Assembly: GCA_038736355.1 (NCBI GenBank) | Contig: JAVYML010000003.1 | Location: 22,093-86,092, forward strand | Direction of reading: 5' to 3' | Source: Candidatus Hadarchaeales archaeon | GTDB taxonomy: Archaea; Hadarchaeota; Hadarchaeia; Hadarchaeales; WYZ-LMO6 | Length of the DNA stretch: 64,000 nt | Part shown: positions 58,087-64,000 of the stretch, one piece after another | Layout of the letters: every line of letters starts with the position of its first letter | Numbering within the stretch: the first letter of the stretch is position 1 | Program-made: the position numbers and the translations under genes | Notes under the pieces: generated by a model | What the model saw: the letters and a program-made list of their open reading frames with translations, nothing else | The model's database searches: none | Told to the model about the DNA's origin: nothing

Positions 58087-59580
58087 TTAGGTCTCCACTA
58101 TTTCCACTTTCAGTCCGGAGTTGAGACATATTTCCTTCAAGCGATCCCCCCACCTTTTCCTGTCGTTGAGGAGGACGATCCTCCGATATTTTCTCCCGTG
58201 TTTTTCGAGATAGCGCGAGAGGGAAAGACACATCCTTTCTATCTCTTCTTTTTCCAGTTTCCTCGGTGCCACCACCTGTCCCAGCGGATAGAGTTCTTCC
58301 AGTTCCTCGGGTACCACTCCGAAGGGTGGAAGGATCCTCACCAGGTGCACTCCTTCCCCCCTCTTCACTTCCTTCCTCTCGAAGCAAGGAAGAAGGAGGA
58401 GTTCTGGGAGGGAAGGCGGCTCGTATTCTTCCATCCTTCTTTCATGCCTTAGAACCTCCGGTCTTTTGAAGCTCTCCATACCCAAATAGAAAAAGGCGGA
58501 GGGTTTGGTGAGGGGATCGAATCTTTCCACAAATTCCACGTAGTCGAGGAATCTCCTGAATCCCTCGAGCAGTCTTGGATGCGACCTGCACCTGAGCTCC
58601 GTGTATTCCCACAACCTTCCATCGACCAGGGCTTGCCTGATCCTTCGAACTTCCCCAAAGAGGACGTAGAGGTTGTGTCTTGCCAGTTCTTTCACCCTTT
58701 CTTCTTCAGGTTTTTCCCTGAGATCTTCCGGGGTTTGGGAAGAACAGATAGGACACTCGCAGGGCAAAAAGGAGAGTTCCTCCAAGTTGAGGGTCCTTTC
58801 CCTCGTCAGGTATCTTCCATCCTTGGCATAGAGAATATAGGAGGCGGAATCAAAGGTATCGCACCCCATGAGAACCAGTAAGGGGAGTACGGAGGGATGC
58901 CCAGCCCCGAAAAGGTGCAAGGGCCTGTCGAGGGGAAGGTTCTGTTTTGCGGTCATTACCAGATCCACTAACTCCGCGTATTCGTAGCCTTCCAAGAATT
59001 CCACGGGGCTCCCCACGGCGTGCATTTGGTAGTCCAAGGAACCCACTGCTTTGGCACACTCCGCCACGAGTTCTAGGTGTTTCCCCCCTTGTACGGGAGC
59101 GCACCAGAGGATCTCAGGATCCGATCTCATCTTTAGGGTCCTCCTGGCTCTTTCCACCGTTATCTTCACGGTTTCCCTCGCCTGTTCCTTGGAAGCCCTG
59201 GCACCGGTGGGAACATCTAAGATGACGGCTATGTCCGAGCCTATCTCCTCCTGATATTTCACGATTTCGTCCGGATCGGCATCTATCTCCCCATACCTCA
59301 GGATTTGGTAGCCCCCCGAATCCGTGGCTATGGGTCCCTCATATCCCAGCATCTCTTGGATCTTTTTACCCCTCCCAAACTTCTTCTTGAGGAAGTAGGC
59401 ATTGGTCATCATCAGGGGTTCCCCGAATTCCTTCCTTATCTCGTTGGGTGTGAGTACCAAGTCGAAGGGATCCAGCACGGGAAGGAGGGTAGGGGTTAAA
59501 ACCGTCCCGTGTCTCGTCCAGAGCCTACCCAGTCTTCCGAGTCCCTCCTTGTGGATGATGGAGAAGGTTTCTTCGGGCAT
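58087..59580 (-). CDS. tgtA: Archaeosine tRNA-guanine transglycosylase (ArcTGT)
   Basis: TIM-barrel TGT catalytic region (…TDSGGYQI…) and Zn site CECPICS. 497 aa. Confidence 0.85.
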   Translation of the reverse strand: MPEETFSIIHKEGLGRLGRLWTRHGTVLTPTLLPVLDPFDLVLTPNEIRKEFGEPLMMTNAYFLKKKFGRGKKIQEMLGYEGPIATDSGGYQILRYGEIDADPDEIVKYQEEIGSDIAVILDVPTGARASKEQARETVKITVERARRTLKMRSDPEILWCAPVQGGKHLELVAECAKAVGSLDYQMHAVGSPVEFLEGYEYAELVDLVMTAKQNLPLDRPLHLFGAGHPSVLPLLVLMGCDTFDSASYILYAKDGRYLTRERTLNLEELSFLPCECPICSSQTPEDLREKPEEERVKELARHNLYVLFGEVRRIRQALVDGRLWEYTELRCRSHPRLLEGFRRFLDYVEFVERFDPLTKPSAFFYLGMESFKRPEVLRHERRMEEYEPPSLPELLLLPCFERKEVKRGEGVHLVRILPPFGVVPEELEELYPLGQVVAPRKLEKEEIERMCLSLSRYLEKHGRKYRRIVLLNDRKRWGDRLKEICLNSGLKVEIVET

Positions 59581-59586
59581 CGGGGA

Positions 59587-60804
59587 TTAGCAGATCCCCA
59601 TTTTACCTTCGGCCAGGGTTTGGCAGAAATCGGAGATATGGTCCAGTGCCCATTCCATTCTCTCCAGAACTTCCTTCCTCACCTCTTCCATCTTCGTCCC
59701 TTTTTCCAAGAGTACCCTGGCCAGCGCTACCGAGGGTTGGTCTATGGGTCTCCCTATTTGACTCACCAACCAAACGTATACTTCGGCTATTCCAGGCACC
59801 TCTTCATGGATTTTTTTGGCTATGACGTGGGTGAGCAGGTTGTAAATCTTTCCCACGTGACTGACCGGATTTTTCCCGGCAGCGGCCTCGGAACCCATCG
59901 GTCTGGTGAGGGGTATTACCCCATTGGACCTGTTTCCCCTACCCACCTGTCCCGAGTCCGCTCCATCCGCGCTAGTTCCCAAAACCGTGAGGTAGACTCC
60001 ACTCTCCCCTCTTCCCCTGACATCGAGGGTGTTTAGATCGACCTTCACCCCCTTGAAGTCAAACCTCTCCTTAACGAAGCGTTCTAGTTCTTCCAGGATT
60101 TCGGCCTTTTTCCTGAAGTAGTCTTCTTCGTCCCTTACGAACCTGTCTACGAAGGCCATTCCTATCGTGAGATGAACATCTTCCCCCCTCCTCACCCCCA
60201 TCACCTTTATGTCCTCTCCGGATTCGGGATAAGTTTTCTTGAAGGAAGGGGAATTTGCGTATTTCTCCAGTTCCAGCACCAACCTTTCGAGCCTAGAGAG
60301 GGGAGCATACCCTACAGCCGCAGAGGTATCGTTGGCGCCCATCACTTTCGTCTTTCTCTTGAAAAGATCCGTGAGGGAAGCGGAACCTGACCTGATCTCT
60401 ACCTGGTATTTTACATGCCTTTCCGGAGAAACGAAGCGGAGGTTTTGGGAGAACCATTCTTTGGCCGTTCTTACCGCTATTTCGGCGACTGGGATCTCCA
60501 CCTCGTCCACCTTGGAGGTGGCCCTGTCCCCGAAGACCAACAGCATGGGCTTTTTGATCTCCCCCCCTCCAAACCTCGTCTGAACTTCTCCTGCTACTAA
60601 GAGGGATTTGTCCACATTGAAGTGTAGGGTTTCCCCTACCCTTTTCCTATACTCCCTGTCCAGCTCTACCGCTACCCTATCGAAGATGAGGTCGCAAATG
60701 GTGTCGGGATGCCCCAAGCCCTTCCTCTCAACGATTTCCAGCCCCTGTTTCTCCACGGGAGTTTGGTTGAGTTCCTCCACGATGAGTTCCCGCGCCAAGT
60801 ACAC
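59587..60804 (-). CDS. mat: S-adenosylmethionine synthetase, archaeal type (MAT)
   Basis: [13 protein letters not shown] is the signature of archaeal MAT. The ORF-track start (TTG at 60924) gives 445 aa. An internal GTG at 60804 gives ~405 aa, matching known archaeal MAT length, so that is chosen; the start remains uncertain. Confidence 0.75.
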   Translation of the reverse strand: MYLARELIVEELNQTPVEKQGLEIVERKGLGHPDTICDLIFDRVAVELDREYRKRVGETLHFNVDKSLLVAGEVQTRFGGGEIKKPMLLVFGDRATSKVDEVEIPVAEIAVRTAKEWFSQNLRFVSPERHVKYQVEIRSGSASLTDLFKRKTKVMGANDTSAAVGYAPLSRLERLVLELEKYANSPSFKKTYPESGEDIKVMGVRRGEDVHLTIGMAFVDRFVRDEEDYFRKKAEILEELERFVKERFDFKGVKVDLNTLDVRGRGESGVYLTVLGTSADGADSGQVGRGNRSNGVIPLTRPMGSEAAAGKNPVSHVGKIYNLLTHVIAKKIHEEVPGIAEVYVWLVSQIGRPIDQPSVALARVLLEKGTKMEEVRKEVLERMEWALDHISDFCQTLAEGKMGIC

Positions 60805-60885
60805 CGCTGAAGAGGTATCTTTTACATCCTTAAAGCTTTCCCTTCCCCCGATTAGAATTAATTTTAAGCTTACCTTGATGTTAAG

Positions 60886-61614
60886 ATGATAGCGGATCAG
60901 GAAAGGGAAAGAATAGCCAAACAAATAGCGGGGGACATCACCCTTTCGGATAGGCCAGACGAGGCCCTTAAGAGATGGAGGGAGGTTTTTAACCTTAGCC
61001 AGAAGGCATTGGCGGAGGCATTGGGGGTTTCTTCCTCTCAGATAAGTGATTACGAGAGCGGTAGAAGGAAATCTCCAGGGATTTCAACGGTTAAAAAGAT
61101 CGTGGAGGCCCTTTTGAGGTTGGATGAGGAAAGGGGAGGGAAGACGCTTTCAGCCCTGCGCAGGGTCCTCAGCGTCCATTTCCCCTCGGACGTCATCCTT
61201 GGCCTTAAGGAATTCAGGAAACCCGTTGATGGAAGGACCCTGAGCAGAACGGTGAGGGGAAGGACGGTGGCAAATCCGCAACTCCTCTCCAGAAGTCTTT
61301 TCGGCTTCACTGTTATCGATAGCTACAAAGCAGCCCTGAAGCTCTCGGCAGAAGAGTTCAAACAACTGTATGGGCTGACTTCGGAAAGAGCTCTGATCTT
61401 CACGGGTGTGACGACGGGCAGGACTCCCATGGTGGCCATAAAGGTGATAGGCATCACGCCTGGCATGGTGGTCCTGCATGGAAGCCTAAGGAGAGTGGAT
61501 CCTCTAGGGGTGAAGCTCGCGCAGGAGCTGAGGGTTCCCCTCGTTCTCTCCGGACTCCCTTCGGTGGAGGAACTCCTCCTCAGGTTGAACAAGTTGGGGG
61601 AAGACCTCAGATAA
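60886..61614 (+). CDS. XRE-family HTH transcriptional regulator with a C-terminal conserved archaeal domain (COG1395-like)
   Basis: N-terminal [29 protein letters not shown], with a ~170-aa C-terminal domain. Confidence 0.65.
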   Translation: MIADQERERIAKQIAGDITLSDRPDEALKRWREVFNLSQKALAEALGVSSSQISDYESGRRKSPGISTVKKIVEALLRLDEERGGKTLSALRRVLSVHFPSDVILGLKEFRKPVDGRTLSRTVRGRTVANPQLLSRSLFGFTVIDSYKAALKLSAEEFKQLYGLTSERALIFTGVTTGRTPMVAIKVIGITPGMVVLHGSLRRVDPLGVKLAQELRVPLVLSGLPSVEELLLRLNKLGEDLR

Positions 61615-61651
61615 GTTTAATTGGAAACAAGGATTGGGGGAGTTGAGGTCG

Positions 61652-62698
61652 ATGGGAGTAGGGATAGTGGGATACGGGGTCTACATTCCGAGGTATAGGA
61701 TCAAAGTAGAGGAGATAGCCAGGATGTGGGGAGCAGACCCCAAGCAAATGAAGAGGGGTTTGGGAGTGGAGGAGAAGGCGGTGGCTGGACCGGATGAGGA
61801 TACGGTGACCATTTCCGTGGAGGCGGCTAAGAACGCCCTGAAGAGGGGAGGGATAAGTCCTTCCTCCGTGGGGGCAATCTATGTGGGTTCGGAGTCCCAC
61901 CCATATGCCGTGAAACCTACGGCCACCATCGTCGCCGAGGCGATAGGTGCCACTCCGGAAATGACGGCCGCAGACTTCGAGTTTGCTTGCAAGGCCGGAA
62001 CGGCAGGAATACAGACCTGCATGGGCATGGTGGAGGCCGGGATGATAAAATATGGGATGGCCATAGGGGCCGACACCGCCCAGAGCAGCCCAGGTGACCC
62101 ATTGGAATATGCAGCCGCAGCCGGAGGGGCGGCCTTCCTCGTGGGAAAGCTAGATGGGGAGGCTATAGCATCCATCGAGGCCACCTATTCCTATACCACG
62201 GATACCCCCGACTTCTGGAGGAGGGAGATGAGACCTTATCCCAAGCATGGGGGGAGATTCACTGGAAGACCGGGCTATTTCAAGCATACCCTCTCTGCCG
62301 CCCAAGGTTTGCTGAGAAAGCTTGGTCTTACTCCTAGGGATTTCGATCACGCAGTTTTCCATCAGCCCAATGGTAGGTTCCCGGTAGAGGTGGCAAGGGA
62401 GCTTGGGTTTTCCATGAACCAGATAAAAACGGGTCTTCTCTCCCCCAAAATAGGAAACACCTACTCTGGATCCACCATGCTGGGACTGGCGGCCATCTTG
62501 GATGAAGCGAAGGAGGGTGAGAGAATCCTTGCGGTTTCCTATGGTTCGGGGGCGGGTAGCGATGCCTTCAGCCTAATAGTGGAGGAGGGAATAGAGGAGA
62601 AGAGGAACCTGGCCCCTAAGGTCTCAGATTATCTCCAGGAGAAAGTCTACATAGACTATGCCACTTACTGCAAGTTCACGAGGAAATTGGTGAGATGA
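61652..62698 (+). CDS. Hydroxymethylglutaryl-CoA synthase (archaeal, thiolase-fold)
   Basis: [27 protein letters not shown]...CKAGTAGIQ active-site Cys region. Adjacent to a thiolase and a DUF35 protein. Confidence 0.88.
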   Translation: MGVGIVGYGVYIPRYRIKVEEIARMWGADPKQMKRGLGVEEKAVAGPDEDTVTISVEAAKNALKRGGISPSSVGAIYVGSESHPYAVKPTATIVAEAIGATPEMTAADFEFACKAGTAGIQTCMGMVEAGMIKYGMAIGADTAQSSPGDPLEYAAAAGGAAFLVGKLDGEAIASIEATYSYTTDTPDFWRREMRPYPKHGGRFTGRPGYFKHTLSAAQGLLRKLGLTPRDFDHAVFHQPNGRFPVEVARELGFSMNQIKTGLLSPKIGNTYSGSTMLGLAAILDEAKEGERILAVSYGSGAGSDAFSLIVEEGIEEKRNLAPKVSDYLQEKVYIDYATYCKFTRKLVR

Positions 62699-63859
62699 AT
62701 GAGAAGGGTTGCCATTGTGGGTGTGGGGCAAACGAGATTCGGAGAGCTATGGGATACTTCCTTCAGACAGATGATCATAGAGGCAGGTACCAGGGCACTG
62801 GAGGATGCGGGAATCTCAGGTGAGGAGATCGATGCCATATATGTGGGGAACATGTCGGCTGGACAGTTCATACAGCAGGAACATATCGCTTCCCTAATAG
62901 CAGATTATTCCGGATTGGCACCCGTTCCATGTACGAGGGTGGAAGCGGCTTGCGCTTCGGGGGGCTTGGCTCTCAGGGAGGCCATGATAGCGGTGGCCTC
63001 GGGAATCCACGATGTAGTGGTAGCCGCCGGAATAGAGAAGATGACGGATGTGATAACGGAAGCAGGACAGGAGGCCCTGGCGACGGTTTCCGATCAGGAG
63101 TGGGAAGCCTTCATGGGTGCCACTTTTCCCTCCCTTTTTGCCCTGATGGCGAGAAGACACATGTACGAATTCGGGACCACGGAAGAGCAGATGGCCTTGG
63201 TTGCGGTCAAGAACCATCACAACGCCTGTCTCAATGCCTATGCCCAACATCACGTAGAGCTTACGGTTGAAAGGGTTTTACAATCCCCCGTCGTCTCCTC
63301 TCCCCTCAAAATGTTGGAGTGTGCTTCCATTACCGACGGGGCCGCCTGCTTGGTACTCGTTCCCCTGGAAGAAGCCAGGAAATACACGGATACCCCCGTG
63401 GAGATAGCGGGAAGTGGACAGGCAAGTGATACCATTGCCTTGGCAGACAGGGAATCCCTCGTGAGCCTGAAGGCGACTAGGGAAGCTGCCAAGAGAGCTT
63501 ACAGGATGGCGAGGATTGAACCCAAACAGGTGGATTTGGCCGAAGTCCATGACAGCACCACCATCTCCGAAATCATTGCGGTGGAGGATTTGGGCTTCTG
63601 TGAGAAGGGTGAGGGTGGAAAGATCACCGAGGAGGGAATAACGGCCATAGATGGTTCCTTGCCCATTAATCCCGGAGGTGGTTTGGAAGGAAGGGGTCAT
63701 CCAATAGGGGCCACGGGAATTGCCCAGGCGGTGGAGATAGTCCTCCAGCTGAGGGGCGAGGCAGGAAAGAGACAAGTCAAAAAGGCAGAGGTAGGTTTAA
63801 CGCATAACGTGGGTGGGAGCGGGGGAACAGCGGTGGTACATATCTTCAGGAGGAGATGA
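62699..63859 (+). CDS. Acetyl-CoA C-acetyltransferase (archaeal thiolase, SCP-x-like)
   Basis: [16 protein letters not shown]...[11 protein letters not shown] (active-site Cys) ...[17 protein letters not shown]. Confidence 0.88.
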   Translation: MRRVAIVGVGQTRFGELWDTSFRQMIIEAGTRALEDAGISGEEIDAIYVGNMSAGQFIQQEHIASLIADYSGLAPVPCTRVEAACASGGLALREAMIAVASGIHDVVVAAGIEKMTDVITEAGQEALATVSDQEWEAFMGATFPSLFALMARRHMYEFGTTEEQMALVAVKNHHNACLNAYAQHHVELTVERVLQSPVVSSPLKMLECASITDGAACLVLVPLEEARKYTDTPVEIAGSGQASDTIALADRESLVSLKATREAAKRAYRMARIEPKQVDLAEVHDSTTISEIIAVEDLGFCEKGEGGKITEEGITAIDGSLPINPGGGLEGRGHPIGATGIAQAVEIVLQLRGEAGKRQVKKAEVGLTHNVGGSGGTAVVHIFRRR

Positions 63860-63860
63860 G

Positions 63861-64000
63861 ATGCACGTTCCAAGATTCTGGAGGGAGATACCCAACAGGT
63901 ACACGTTGATAGGGACCAAGTGCGGCCATTGTGAAAAGATCTTCTTCCCACCTAGGGCCATCTGTCCGAACTGTAGGAGGGTGGGACATCTGGAGCCTTT
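63861..64000 (+). CDS. DUF35 OB-fold/zinc-ribbon protein (thiolase/HMGCS scaffold partner), truncated at the window end
   Basis: MHVPRFWREIPNRYTLIGTKCGHCEKIFFPPRAICPNCRR is an N-terminal rubredoxin-like zinc ribbon typical of DUF35. The ATG is 2 nt after the thiolase stop. Confidence 0.7.
   Translation, partial: MHVPRFWREIPNRYTLIGTKCGHCEKIFFPPRAICPNCRRVGHLEP

Noticed and set aside
60805-60924. N-terminal 40 codons of the 445-aa MAT ORF (TTG start)
   Set aside because: Archaeal MAT is ~400-406 aa and the extension has odd composition ([17 protein letters not shown]...). The internal GTG is preferred, though not proven.

Overview
GC-rich archaeal chromosomal segment. The protein composition looks hyperthermophilic, and several features suggest a crenarchaeal / Thermoprotei-type genome: a bifunctional PGI/PMI, aTrm56, an rRNA intron with a LAGLIDADG endonuclease, and a tRNA with a probable non-canonical intron. 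The window opens inside a minus-strand rRNA operon: a partial 23S carrying a LAGLIDADG-endonuclease intron, then tRNA-Ala(UGC), then 16S. Next to the 16S lies a glycosylation-type cluster (GT2, a UbiA-family prenyltransferase-like membrane protein, GT4, a polytopic membrane protein). It is bracketed by two radical SAM/SPASM genes, one decayed by frameshifts. The intact one overlaps the start of a 979-aa secreted protein that carries three tandem phage tail-collar-like repeats (six HxH motifs) followed by FN3-like domains. This cluster is the best candidate in the window for an undescribed maturase/substrate or surface-structure system. The rest is mostly housekeeping. It includes tRNA-His (G-1, likely T-arm intron), acs, a candidate RNase P RNA in the acs–rps26e gap, S26e, an unlisted L40e, Nnr, acyl-CoA DH, and a four-gene POR operon whose delta subunit is fused to a GltD-like flavoprotein domain. 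It continues with ThrRS, an S2P protease, tmk, SRP54, the conserved L21e–RpoF–DUF655 block, UPF0147/UPF0148, proteasome beta, SixA, a ROK kinase with PGI/PMI, aTrm56, a solo Cas4-like nuclease, LysE, tRNA-Leu(CAA), PEPCK, Add, the CCA enzyme, Usp, an ArsB/NhaD permease, HDAC, Dph6, TctA with an OB-fold protein, and a secreted transglutaminase-like protein. Further on is an orphan type-IV-pilus/archaellum-like ATPase with a Cys-rich N-terminal extension plus a FlaJ/TadC-like platform protein, with no recognisable pilin. The window ends with a metallophosphoesterase, ValRS, UMP kinase, a TnpB (IS605-family) remnant, aRF1, Lrp, ArcTGT, archaeal MAT, an XRE regulator and the HMGCS–thiolase–DUF35 mevalonate block. 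No CRISPR array was seen. All coordinates come from reading the sequence and the ORF track; no database search was possible. CDS end coordinates include the stop codon, as in the ORF track.
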